The notes below the pieces were generated by a model. That model was not told where the DNA came from, ran no database searches, and was given only the letters and a program-made list of their open reading frames with translations. From Betaproteobacteria bacterium (GTDB lineage Bacteria > Bacillota > SHA-98 > UBA4971): DNA of 64,000 bases. Shown one piece after another: positions 40,341 to 49,364 of the stretch (its first letter is position 1; every line of letters begins with the position of its first letter). The position numbers were made by a program, and so were the translations under genes. The stretch lies in assembly GCA_050260395.1 (NCBI GenBank), contig JBLNCC010000058.1:3466-67465 (forward strand), written 5' to 3'.

Positions 40341-41590
40341 CTTCCGAATGGATTAGGAGAACGTGTGGTGTCTTCTCTGTCCTTCTTGTCTGCTTGCTGG
40401 CGGCCGCCGCGCCTGCGGCCGCCAGCGGAAGCACGCGCGAGGTGCCCCACACCTTAGTGGTGTTGGTCATCCTTGATGGCTGCTCTGCTCAATCGCTGGA
40501 CGCGCTGCCGTCCGAAGCATATCTTAGGCAGGCGGCGGCGGAAGGGTTCTACCAGCACGTGCGGACCGTGTTCCCGTCTTCCACGGCAGCCGGACATGCG
40601 GCCATACTGACCGGCAAGTGGCCCGATGAGAACGGGGTCACAGGCAAACAGTTCATGGGGAGCGACGGGACGCTGAATGGGTTCAGCTCGCCTCAATTGC
40701 TGGAAGCTCCCACAGTGATCGAACGGGCGGCGAAGGCTGGCCTGCGCACGGCGGTGATCTCCGGAAAGGAAGGAGTCAGGGCCCTGTTTGGCGAAGGTGC
40801 GGACCTTGCAGTAAGCCCGGCGGCAGTGCCATCATGGGTGCTCGAAGAGGTCGGGCCTCCTCCGGATGAGTCCACCCAATATGAGGACTACTGCGGCTGG
40901 TATGAGAAGCTCGACAGATGGGTGATCGATGTGGCGGGCGCCTTCGCGAAAGAGGCAGGACCTGGCGCGCTCATTGTGCTCAACCTTGCCGGACCCGACA
41001 AGGTGGGACACAGGTTTGGACTCGTGCCTGCGTCTGAGACCACTCAATGCCTCATCTCGGCGGGAGAGGCTCTTAGCAGGCTGACGGCAATCCTCGAGGA
41101 GGCTGCGGGGGAGGACTGGGCCGTGGTGGTAACCGCAGACCACGGGATGACCAATGTGAGCAAGGCCATTCTGCCAGCAGATCTCCTGGAGGGCATTGAC
41201 GAAGACAACTGTGTATACAGCCTCGACGGCGGCGTCTTGTATGTGTGGCCGACAGCGACAGTAGAAGATGCTGTCGTGACCGCACTCAAAAGCGCTGAAG
41301 GTATAGCCGAGGTGATCACGCTGTCAGATGAAGCACGGGCGCTTCTTCATGCATCGCATCCGAGGAGTGCTCCAGTCATCGCGATAGCGCGCCAAGGTTA
41401 CATGTTCATTGAGTCTGCCGCGTTCATGGAGTATACAAAGGGCAGCCACGGAACGCTTCTTGACACAGACGTGACAGTCCCACTAATAGTGTATGGCCCC
41501 CGGGCGGCTAGAACCGACATCGGCGCAATTAGGGACACGGTGAACATAGCGGGAATACTCGCCGAGTTACTGGGCGGCCTCGAAAACTAG
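40337..41590 (+). CDS. Secreted type I phosphodiesterase/nucleotide pyrophosphatase (alkaline-phosphatase superfamily)
   Basis: Signal peptide, then 'VILDGCSA', 'FPSSTAAGHAAILTGKWPDENGVTG', 'GPDKVGHRFG' and 'VVTADHGM'. ATGA overlap with the upstream gene. Confidence 0.75.
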   Translation: MTSEWIRRTCGVFSVLLVCLLAAAAPAAASGSTREVPHTLVVLVILDGCSAQSLDALPSEAYLRQAAAEGFYQHVRTVFPSSTAAGHAAILTGKWPDENGVTGKQFMGSDGTLNGFSSPQLLEAPTVIERAAKAGLRTAVISGKEGVRALFGEGADLAVSPAAVPSWVLEEVGPPPDESTQYEDYCGWYEKLDRWVIDVAGAFAKEAGPGALIVLNLAGPDKVGHRFGLVPASETTQCLISAGEALSRLTAILEEAAGEDWAVVVTADHGMTNVSKAILPADLLEGIDEDNCVYSLDGGVLYVWPTATVEDAVVTALKSAEGIAEVITLSDEARALLHASHPRSAPVIAIARQGYMFIESAAFMEYTKGSHGTLLDTDVTVPLIVYGPRAARTDIGAIRDTVNIAGILAELLGGLEN

Positions 41591-41727
41591 GCCGAGCGCG
41601 CCGACCGGTTCCAACTGCAGTCGGAACCGCGAGACTTGCCAAGTTTGGAAGCTGCGAGGCCGGCGACGGAGGAGTCGTGAGCAAACGTCGACGGACTTTC
41701 CCGGCTTGTCAACGGACTTTCCCGGCC

Positions 41728-41756
41728 TTGACTTCGGTCCGGGCCTGTGTTAGTAT
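41728..41756 (+). promoter_or_regulatory. Candidate tRNA-Ala promoter (TTGACT-17-TAGTAT)
   Basis: TTGACT 41728-41733 and TAGTAT 41751-41756. The -35 region is tandemly duplicated upstream. Confidence 0.5.
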
Positions 41757-41791
41757 TCTACGTGCGAGACACATAGCGCATAGGTTTGGGT

Positions 41792-41867
41792 GGGGACGTA
41801 GCTCAGTTGGGAGAGCGCGTGAATCGCACTCACGAGGTCGGGAGTTCGAATCTCCTCGTCTCCACCA
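41792..41867 (+). tRNA. tRNA-Ala (anticodon CGC), CCA encoded
   Basis: Folds as a cloverleaf by hand: acceptor GGGGACG/CGTCTCC with G3:U70, anticodon loop ATCGCAC, T-arm GGGAGTTCGAATCTCCT. Confidence 0.9.
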
Positions 41868-41874
41868 AGATGTT

Positions 41875-41904
41875 ACGCCAGGCGTGAGCCTGGCGTCTTT
41901 GCTT
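41875..41904 (+). terminator. Rho-independent terminator after tRNA-Ala
   Basis: Stem ACGCCAGGC/GCCTGGCGT, GTGA loop, CTTTGCTT tail. Confidence 0.75.
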
Positions 41905-41952
41905 GTGCTTGCTTGCGGGGTGGATCTTCGCGCGATCTATCCATGCCCCATA

Positions 41953-42088
41953 GAGCAAAACCTGGCCACCCGACCGGGCGGCCGGGTCTTGTCAAGACGC
42001 CCGCTGGGGGCGGCGCTGTCCCCGAGTCCAGCACCGGCAACCCGGCACCTACCGGAAATGGGACAGGGACTAACGCCCCCTTACTTAG
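41953..42088 (+). repeat. Structured interspersed element, copy 6 (5'-truncated or internally deleted)
   Basis: Matches the family from the central hairpin onward: ...AAAACCTGGCCAC...GGCCGGGTCTTG...GTCCCCGAGTCCAGCACCGGCAACCCGGCACCTACCGGAAATGGGACAGGGACTAACGCCCCCTTACT-TA-G. A weak left-end-like 'GCTTGCGGGGTGG' lies at about 41909. Confidence 0.75.
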
Positions 42089-42936
42089 TCGCGCCGCCCC
42101 CGCTCCACCGGCTCACGCCGCTCGAACGGCACCGGCACGTACTGGACCGAGGGCCGGCGCTGGATAGGCTGCGGGTAAAGCTCCATCAAGCGGTAGACCT
42201 CGTAGGGCATCTCGTTGCTCACGGTGAGCCCCAGGCGCCGCAGCGCGTCGCAGGTGATGGGGTAATCGTGCGTCCAGCGCCCTTCTGTGAGGGTCTTCGC
42301 AATCTCGCGGGCTCTGTCCTCGGGCAGCTTCGCCGCCAGGATCTCGTATACGCTTTCATATACCTGCACCATGGCTTTGGCGGCCATGTCCCCCAGGATG
42401 AGCGTGGTGTCGCTCACGGAGTTCTTGTCCTTTTGCTCTATGGCTCGGAGGATGGACACCGCCGGGTAGTTCCCGAGTTGCGGGTCGACCGGGCCGAGCA
42501 CGGCGTTCTCATCCATGACGATCTCGTCTGCGGCTAGAGCCAGGAGCGTCCCGCCAGACATCGCGTAATGCGGCACGAACACGGTGACTTTCGCCTTGTG
42601 GCCTGCGATTGCGTGGGCGATTTGCTCCGCGGCGAGCACGAGACCGCCCGGTGTGTGGAGGATGATGTCTATGGGGACATCGTCCGGTGTGAGGCGGATC
42701 GCCCTCAGCACCTGCTCCGAGTCCTCAATGTCGATGTGGCGCGAGATGGGGATGCCGAGGAAACTGATGGCCTCCATGCGGTGGATCATGGCTATGACCC
42801 GCGACCCCCTCTTGCGCGACAGGGAGTTGAGGATGTGCAGCCTCGCGAGCTCGACCTTTCGCCTCCCGAACAGGGGCGAGAGGAGGCTCCACACCAAGAG
42901 AAGGATCCAAAAGAGGTTGAAAAACGTGTCGGACAT
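42085..42936 (-). CDS. Membrane-anchored ClpP-fold serine protease (SDH / 'serine dehydrogenase proteinase' family)
   Basis: 'IDIILHTPGGLVLAAEQIAHAI', 'VPHYAMSGGTLLALAADEIVMD' and 'LGPVDPQ'. The true start is ATG 42936; the 544-aa track ORF is read-through across repeat copy 7. Confidence 0.7.
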   Translation of the reverse strand: MSDTFFNLFWILLLVWSLLSPLFGRRKVELARLHILNSLSRKRGSRVIAMIHRMEAISFLGIPISRHIDIEDSEQVLRAIRLTPDDVPIDIILHTPGGLVLAAEQIAHAIAGHKAKVTVFVPHYAMSGGTLLALAADEIVMDENAVLGPVDPQLGNYPAVSILRAIEQKDKNSVSDTTLILGDMAAKAMVQVYESVYEILAAKLPEDRAREIAKTLTEGRWTHDYPITCDALRRLGLTVSNEMPYEVYRLMELYPQPIQRRPSVQYVPVPFERREPVERGRRD

Positions 42937-42971
42937 GTCCGCGCTCTCTCCCGTTCGCGATTCCGAGCTTG

Positions 42972-43162
42972 CTAAGTGGGGGTGCAGGAGTGCTTCCGAC
43001 TTTTGGGAGGGGTTGACGGTGATTGCGCGAGGGGTGTCAAAACCCGGCCACCCACCCGAGGGCCGGATTCTGTCAAGGTGCCCTGCTGGGGGCGCCGTCC
43101 CCGAGTGCAACACCGGAAACCCAGGATCTCTGTGACGTTGACGCATCTGCCCCTGAGTTAAG
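42972..43162 (+). repeat. Structured interspersed element, copy 7
   Basis: gc-TA-AGTGGGGGTGCAGGAGTGCTTCCGACTTTTGGGAGGGGTTGACGGTGATTGCGCGAGGGGTGTCAAAACCCGGCC ... GCCCCTGAGT-TA-ag. The 3' third is diverged. Confidence 0.85.
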
Positions 43163-43362
43163 TTTCCGTCCGGATGGCACGAATATGCGGCCCGACGAAG
43201 GAGCCGACCCCGGGATGGCGCGCCGGGCCGGCCTCCGCTCCCGGAGCCGTCCTTCATCCCGTGCCCTGGGAGATCGTGGTTTCCAGGCGCTTGTGTCTCG
43301 GAAACTCGTGTAGTAGAATTGCATGGGGGGAATGAGCTACAAGCTAATGGAGGGACGAACGG

Positions 43363-44247
43363 ATGGTTGAAAAGGCAACGTTTACCGTCAAGAAAGGCCT
43401 TGCGGAGATGCTCAAGGGCGGCGTGATCATGGACGTCACCACCCCCGAGCAGGCGAAGATCGCCGAGGATGCCGGCGCAGTCGCGGTCATGGCGCTGGAG
43501 CGCGTGCCCGCTGATATCAGGGCGCAGGGCGGCGTGGCCAGGATGTCCGACCCCGCCATAATCGAGGCGATCATGGAAGCGGTCACAATCCCGGTCATGG
43601 CCAAGTGCAGGATCGGGCATTTCGTTGAGGCGCAGATTCTTGAGGCCCTCGGCGTGGACTATATAGACGAGAGCGAGGTCCTGACGCCGGCCGACGAGGA
43701 GCATCACATAGATAAACACCAGTTCAAGGTGCCGTTCGTGTGTGGCTGCCGGAACCTAGGCGAGGCGCTGCGAAGGATCGGCGAGGGGGCGGCGATGATG
43801 CGCACGAAGGGCGAGGCCGGCACGGGCGACGTCGTCGAAGCCGTGCGACACATGAGGCGGGTCATGAGCGAGATACGCAAGCTTACTTCGATGCGCGAAG
43901 ATGAGCTCATGGCGGCAGCCAAGGAGATGCAAGCCCCGTACGAGCTCGTGATGCAGGTTGCGAAGGAAGGCAGGCTCCCCGTGGTGAACTTCGCTGCCGG
44001 CGGCATCGCGACTCCGGCGGATGCTGCTCTCATGATGCAACTTGGTGCCGACGGGATCTTCGTGGGATCGGGCATATTCAAGTCGGATAACCCAGCTGCG
44101 AGGGCGCGCGCCATTGTGGACGCGACGGCACATTATAATGACCCGGACATCCTCGCGAAGGTGTCTCGAGGCATCGGCGAGCCGATGAAGGGCCTTGCCG
44201 CTGCGTCCTTGAGGGAAGAGGAGAGGCTGCAGGCGAGAGGCTGGTGA
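43363..44247 (+). CDS. pdxS: Pyridoxal 5'-phosphate synthase, lyase subunit
   Basis: '[14 protein letters not shown]', '[10 protein letters not shown]', '[11 protein letters not shown]', 'GEAGTG' and 'FVGSGIFKS'. Confidence 0.95.
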   Translation: MVEKATFTVKKGLAEMLKGGVIMDVTTPEQAKIAEDAGAVAVMALERVPADIRAQGGVARMSDPAIIEAIMEAVTIPVMAKCRIGHFVEAQILEALGVDYIDESEVLTPADEEHHIDKHQFKVPFVCGCRNLGEALRRIGEGAAMMRTKGEAGTGDVVEAVRHMRRVMSEIRKLTSMREDELMAAAKEMQAPYELVMQVAKEGRLPVVNFAAGGIATPADAALMMQLGADGIFVGSGIFKSDNPAARARAIVDATAHYNDPDILAKVSRGIGEPMKGLAAASLREEERLQARGW

Positions 44248-44389
44248 CTCGCGGGTTCGCGGAGCGAAGGCTGACGCGTCATGGCCGGTGACCAACGGCC
44301 ATCGGGCAAGGGCGGCCCGACATCGGCCTCGAAGGTTTGATTGCACCGAGCTTTCCATGCGTGGGCGGTAGTGGCAGGAGGTCGCAGCA

Positions 44390-44965
44390 GTGAAAGTAGG
44401 AGTCTTGGCGCTTCAGGGTGACGTGGCGGAGCATTTGAGTATGATCGCAGCGGCGGGCGCGGACGCGGTGGAGGTCAGGTACGGCGACCAGGTCGAGGGG
44501 CTGGACGGCCTCATCATACCAGGCGGCGAGAGCACGACCGTGGGAAAGCTGATGGAACGGTTCGGGTTCGTGGAGGAGATCCGAAAGCACGCAGCCCGGG
44601 GCCTCGGTGTGTTCGGCACGTGCACCGGGCTTATTCTTCTGTCGCGCGAGGTCTCGGGTTCCAACCAGGTCTGCCTGGGCCTCATGGACTTTGTGGTGAA
44701 GAGGAACGCCTTCGGGCGACAGGTGGACAGTTTCGAGGCCGATATCGAGATCCCTGCCGTCGGCGGCCCCCCCATGCGTGCTGTATTCATCCGCGCGCCC
44801 TACATTCTTTCGGTCGGTCAGGGCGTCGAGGTGCTGGCGCGGTTCGAGGACAAGATCGTGCTTGCCCGGCAGGGGCGGCACCTCGCGTGCGCGTTCCATC
44901 CGGAGGTAACGCCCGACACGAGGCTCCACCGGTATTTCCTTGACATGCTAGCAGGCAGGGCGTAA
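44390..44965 (+). CDS. pdxT: Pyridoxal 5'-phosphate synthase, glutaminase subunit
   Basis: 'VKVGVLALQGDVAEH', 'IIPGGESTT', 'GTCTGLILL' and 'AFHPE'. Confidence 0.9.
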   Translation: MKVGVLALQGDVAEHLSMIAAAGADAVEVRYGDQVEGLDGLIIPGGESTTVGKLMERFGFVEEIRKHAARGLGVFGTCTGLILLSREVSGSNQVCLGLMDFVVKRNAFGRQVDSFEADIEIPAVGGPPMRAVFIRAPYILSVGQGVEVLARFEDKIVLARQGRHLACAFHPEVTPDTRLHRYFLDMLAGRA

Positions 44966-45158
44966 CGGCGGCTTCCGAGTGCGCCGTCCTGAGCGGCGGG
45001 CGCCGCGGTGCCCCTGCGGATGCGGCGCCGGCGACGGGTGCACCTGGCTGCTGCAGCAGCACGCGCTGATGGCGCCGCGACAGGGGTATTGCGGGCGGCG
45101 TTGGCCTTGGGCCGGGCCTTGAGCGAGTAGTGTACTTCTACGTGGGAGGGGCACAGAG

Positions 45159-46403
45159 ATGTATGATATCGTGAGGTCCGTCGACCCGGAAGTCGCGGAG
45201 GCCCTCGAACGGGAGACTTGCCGCCAGAGGCGAAAGATCGAGCTGATAGCATCGGAGAATTTCACGAGCAGGGCGGTGATGGAGGCGCAGGGGTCGACGC
45301 TGACCAACAAGTACGCCGAGGGATATCCCGGAAGGCGTTATTACGGTGGGTGCGAGTTCGTGGACGTGGTCGAGAGACTGGCTATCGAGCGGGCGAAGGC
45401 GCTTTTCGGGGCCGAGCACGCGAACGTTCAACCGCACTCTGGTGCCCAAGCCAACACGGCAGTCTATTTCGCGGTGCTGTCCCACGGCGATACGGTGTTG
45501 GGCATGGACCTCTCCCACGGCGGGCACCTGACCCACGGGCACCCTCTCAACTTTTCGGGCAAGTACTTCAACTTCGTCCCCTACGGGGTTTCCAGGGAGA
45601 CGGAGACCATCGACTACGACGCGCTTCACGCGCTTGCGAGGGAGCACAAGCCGCGAATGATCGTCGCGGGGGCAAGCGCGTATCCAAGGTTCATCGATTT
45701 CGCCAGGATCCGGCGCATCGCCGACGAGGTCGGTGCGTATGTCATGGTGGACATGGCTCACATCGCGGGGCTCGTGGCGGCGGGCGTGCACCCGAACCCA
45801 GTCCCATATGCGGAGTTCGTCACCACCACCACGCACAAAACCCTCCGCGGACCGCGCGGGGGACTCATACTCTGTCAGGCTCGATTCGCGAAAGACATCG
45901 ATCAAGCTGTCTTCCCAGGGACCCAAGGCGGGCCGCTCATGCACGTGATCGCGGCGAAGGCCGTTGCGCTCAAGGAGGCCATGACCCCGCAGTTCCAGGC
46001 CTACCAGGCGCAGGTGGTGAAGAACGCTTCGGCGCTGGCGGCCGCTCTCTCGCGCCGCGGGTTCCGGATCGTGTCAGGTGGCACAGATAACCATCTCATG
46101 CTCGTGAGCGTGGCGGAGAAGGGGCTCACCGGCAAAAAGGCGGAGAAGCTCCTCGACGATGTGGGTATCACCGTGAACAAGAACACCATACCGTTTGATC
46201 CCGAAAAGCCGTTTGTAACGAGCGGAATCCGCCTCGGCACCCCCGCCGTCACCACGAGAGGCATGCGGGGGGCGGAGATGGAGGAGATCGCCGAGATCAT
46301 CGCGCAGGTGCTCAACAAACCGGGGGATGACACGGTTATGGAGTCCGCTCGCGCCAAGGTTGCGCGTCTTACGGATCGCTTCCCCCTCTATCCAGACCTG
46401 TAG
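45159..46403 (+). CDS. glyA: Serine hydroxymethyltransferase
   Basis: '[10 protein letters not shown]', '[14 protein letters not shown]', '[10 protein letters not shown]' and '[13 protein letters not shown]'. Confidence 0.95.
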   Translation: MYDIVRSVDPEVAEALERETCRQRRKIELIASENFTSRAVMEAQGSTLTNKYAEGYPGRRYYGGCEFVDVVERLAIERAKALFGAEHANVQPHSGAQANTAVYFAVLSHGDTVLGMDLSHGGHLTHGHPLNFSGKYFNFVPYGVSRETETIDYDALHALAREHKPRMIVAGASAYPRFIDFARIRRIADEVGAYVMVDMAHIAGLVAAGVHPNPVPYAEFVTTTTHKTLRGPRGGLILCQARFAKDIDQAVFPGTQGGPLMHVIAAKAVALKEAMTPQFQAYQAQVVKNASALAAALSRRGFRIVSGGTDNHLMLVSVAEKGLTGKKAEKLLDDVGITVNKNTIPFDPEKPFVTSGIRLGTPAVTTRGMRGAEMEEIAEIIAQVLNKPGDDTVMESARAKVARLTDRFPLYPDL

Positions 46404-46608
46404 TCTTTAAGAGAGCCTGGGGCGTACGCGAGTGCGAGATGATGCAGGCGTCTGACCGGCTCGGGGGCTCGGGGCCCACCGGCCATTCCACTACGGCAAC
46501 GTGGCGCCTACCCGTCTCTTCGTGTTGGCCTCAGCCTTGCTCGGCAGGGCCAGGGCTGAGTACGCGCGCGCCTGCCCTCCCAATGTGGGTGGGCTGGCGC
46601 GCGCGATT

Positions 46609-48009
46609 TCAGTCGACGTTGATCACCGTAGTCTCGCCCGTGAAAAGGTCGACCACCCTAGACCTGTTGAAATCCGGGTGGCCGTTGCGTTCATGCACGG
46701 TCACTCTCGTGCCTTCGACGTCCAGCTTTATGGTGGCGTTACGCCTGGTGAGAGCGGCGGAAAGACCGTCCACAAGCTGCAGCAACCTCAGCATGGGCAT
46801 CAAGTGCCGCGGGAAGTCTAGTGGCAGTTCTTCCTCTCTGTGGTGGTGGTAACGAACCAGCCAGATCACGTCCTGGTCTTTGTGATAGAAGTGGGCCGCG
46901 ATGTCGGCGCTCCGGGCCGCGTGGGCAGGACTGTACTCGAAGACCTTTTTCGGATCCACAGTCTGCCCTATTTCTAGCTGCGGTTGGGACTTGCCGAGGT
47001 CGTGGAAGATTATGCTCTGGACGAGGACGTCCTTGCTGATGCCGAGGAGAGACATAATGCCCTTGGAGTTGAGGTCCGCGAGGACCTTGAGCGCGTTGAC
47101 CACGTGCTTATAGTTGCCGTCTTCGATGACTTCGGTTACAGTGATGAGACCGGTCTCGGGGTCGTACTTGTCTCTGTACTCTGGTGTATGTTTGAGCTTG
47201 TGTTCCACCCTCGAGTTCGGGAGGGTGAGCGCGAAGGCCCTGTCGAGCTCGTCCCTGGAGTTGACGAGCTGGGAGCGAAGCTCTTCCTGCTCTGTAATGT
47301 CGTGGAAAGTCTCAATGATCCCCTGCACGGTGCCGTCTTCCATAAGAGGCACGTAGTTTACGGAAAACACGCGTCCGTCGGCGAGCGGCGTCATCACGTT
47401 GTACCTGGCCTTGCCGGTCCTCATCACCTCGAAAATGGGTGACTCATCGCGGCTCACCATTACGGCCTTCTGGCCGACCCTGTCCTCGGCCTTCGCATTC
47501 ATAAGCCTCTCGGCCGCCGGGTTGAACTCCTGAATGATGAGGTCCTTGTCTATCACGATGAGCCCCTCGTGCAGGGAACGGAGGATGGCGAGGGCGCGCT
47601 GCTCGTGGTAACGATCGCCCTTCGACGAAGCGACTGTGCTGGAGAACGTCACGAGCACAGAGCGCTGAGGCAGGGAGGCCACCAACATCCCATTCTCGAT
47701 CACCGGCAGCTCGGGGACGCACGAGCTTTCGAAGAGGCCCGCGGCCGCCTGGAGATCGGTTTCAGGATCAACGCTTGGGAAGCTGCCCGCGGGAATCATC
47801 ACGTCTTGGGCGGTGGCGCCCTTCGCGTATGCTGAGGTCAGCGCGGATATGAGCTTGCTCCCCGTGACCACGCCCAATAGCTCGTTAGTCTGCGAAACAA
47901 CGTACACAATGCCCCGGTCGGTCACCAGGGGCGCGAGGCCCTCAAGACCTGCCCCGGGCCCTGCCGTGACAGGCTCAAGAGTCTCGACATCTTTGACTTT
48001 CATCTTCAT
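46609..48009 (-). CDS. CBS-pair / PAS / HD-domain signalling protein
   Basis: N-terminal CBS-like segments, a PAS-like segment ('LHEGLIVIDKDLIIQEFNPAAERL') and a C-terminal HD ('IFHDLGK', 'RYHHHRE'). Start taken as 'MKMKVKD'. Confidence 0.7.
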   Translation of the reverse strand: MKMKVKDVETLEPVTAGPGAGLEGLAPLVTDRGIVYVVSQTNELLGVVTGSKLISALTSAYAKGATAQDVMIPAGSFPSVDPETDLQAAAGLFESSCVPELPVIENGMLVASLPQRSVLVTFSSTVASSKGDRYHEQRALAILRSLHEGLIVIDKDLIIQEFNPAAERLMNAKAEDRVGQKAVMVSRDESPIFEVMRTGKARYNVMTPLADGRVFSVNYVPLMEDGTVQGIIETFHDITEQEELRSQLVNSRDELDRAFALTLPNSRVEHKLKHTPEYRDKYDPETGLITVTEVIEDGNYKHVVNALKVLADLNSKGIMSLLGISKDVLVQSIIFHDLGKSQPQLEIGQTVDPKKVFEYSPAHAARSADIAAHFYHKDQDVIWLVRYHHHREEELPLDFPRHLMPMLRLLQLVDGLSAALTRRNATIKLDVEGTRVTVHERNGHPDFNRSRVVDLFTGETTVINVD

Positions 48010-48387
48010 GTGCTTGCCAGCCCCTCGGCGTATTAAGAATTCTGCTACCTGAATCCGAATGCCCCTTCGGCGCCCTGGGTGTCCCCAGGCGTCCAAAAGC
48101 AATTCTAGCATAGCCTGCCTACAAAGTAAATAGCTGGTGCGTTACGGATCGTCATGGATCGACCTCGCACGACACTGTACCCCGAGTATCGCGGGGCGAG
48201 TAACCTTGGTCACCTCCGCGCAGTTTCATACTGCCGCAAAGTTGTAGATAGTGCTGCGCGTTCTGGACTTCTATGCTAAAATAGGTAGGGCGCAAAACAC
48301 GTTCGGGCGCTTCGGGCTCCGGGGTCTCATGGCTAGGAGCCCGTGGCTCGAGGTGCGTGACAAATTCATATGTGAGGAGGACGAGCT

Positions 48388-48966
48388 ATGGCACAGGTTC
48401 TCGAGATTCGCTGGCATGGGAGGGGTGGCCAAGGGGCGAAAACCGCCGCCATCCTCCTGGGCGAGGCCGCCGCTTCGGTGGGCAAGTACATTCAGGCCTT
48501 TCCTGAGTACGGCCCCGAGCGGATGGGCGCGCCCGTGCTGGCATTCAACCGGATCAGTGACGAGCCCGTGAGGATGCACTGCCACGTGTCGAACCCTAGA
48601 ATAGTGGTGGTCCTCGACCCGACGCTGATCGGGAAGAATGACGTGACGTCGGGGGTGCCGGAAGACGGGATCTATCTTGTGAACACGAATGTTCCTCCGG
48701 CAGAGATGCGGGCTAGGCTCAAGGTGAAAGGCGGCAAGGTTTTCACCGTTGACGCCACGCAGATATCCATCGACACCATCGGCCGGGCCATTCCAAACAC
48801 CCCGATGATGGGTGCCCTAATAAGGGCGACAGGCCTTATGACGCTTGAGGAGTTCATAGCTGATACCCGGCACAAGCTTGAGATGAAGTTCAGGTCGAAG
48901 CCTGAGGTCATCGAGGGCAACATCAAGGCCATCGAGCGGGCCTACCAGGAGGTGCAGTCGGAGTAA
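48388..48966 (+). CDS. 2-oxoacid (pyruvate/2-ketoisovalerate-type):ferredoxin oxidoreductase, gamma subunit
   Basis: 'IRWHGRGGQGAKTAAILLGEAA' and the gamma-delta-alpha-beta gene order. Confidence 0.85.
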   Translation: MAQVLEIRWHGRGGQGAKTAAILLGEAAASVGKYIQAFPEYGPERMGAPVLAFNRISDEPVRMHCHVSNPRIVVVLDPTLIGKNDVTSGVPEDGIYLVNTNVPPAEMRARLKVKGGKVFTVDATQISIDTIGRAIPNTPMMGALIRATGLMTLEEFIADTRHKLEMKFRSKPEVIEGNIKAIERAYQEVQSE

Positions 48967-49364
48967 TGAGCGCTAATGGAAAAGCAAAGGGCTGGAAGGA
49001 CGTGCCCATAGGGGGGCTCATCCTGGAGGCCGGCAGTGCGGATAAGTATGAGACCGGCGACTGGCGAACGTACCGTCCCGTCTGGGACCAGGCGAAGTGC
49101 AGGCACTGCATGATATGCTGGATTTACTGCCCTGACTCATCCATACTGGTGCGCGAGGGCAAGATGATCGGCATCGACTATAAGCATTGCAAGGGCTGTG
49201 GAATATGCGCCCACGAGTGCCCTGCGAAGTGCATAGACATGCGCCTCGAGACGGAGCTCGAGGCTGAAAAGCCCGAGCGCTCCGCAAGCGCTGAGGCGGG
49301 TGCTTGCGCAGGCGCGGGCTGCGGGTGCCGTGCAAAGAGTAGCGGGAAGGCTGGTGGAAAGTGA
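48966..49364 (+). CDS. 2-oxoacid:ferredoxin oxidoreductase, delta (2x[4Fe-4S]) subunit with a C-terminal Ala/Gly/Cys-rich tail
   Basis: 'CRHCMICWIYCP' and 'CKGCGICAHECP'. Confidence 0.85.
   Translation: MSANGKAKGWKDVPIGGLILEAGSADKYETGDWRTYRPVWDQAKCRHCMICWIYCPDSSILVREGKMIGIDYKHCKGCGICAHECPAKCIDMRLETELEAEKPERSASAEAGACAGAGCGCRAKSSGKAGGK

Noticed and set aside
42085-43719. 544-aa ORF on the minus strand
   Set aside because: Only the C-terminal 283 aa (from ATG 42936) are protease-like. The upstream part reads through element copy 7 and is antisense to pdxS.
44966-45158. Riboswitch (ZTP/THF/glycine) upstream of glyA
   Set aside because: I could not recognise any of the conserved cores of these classes in the 190-bp leader.
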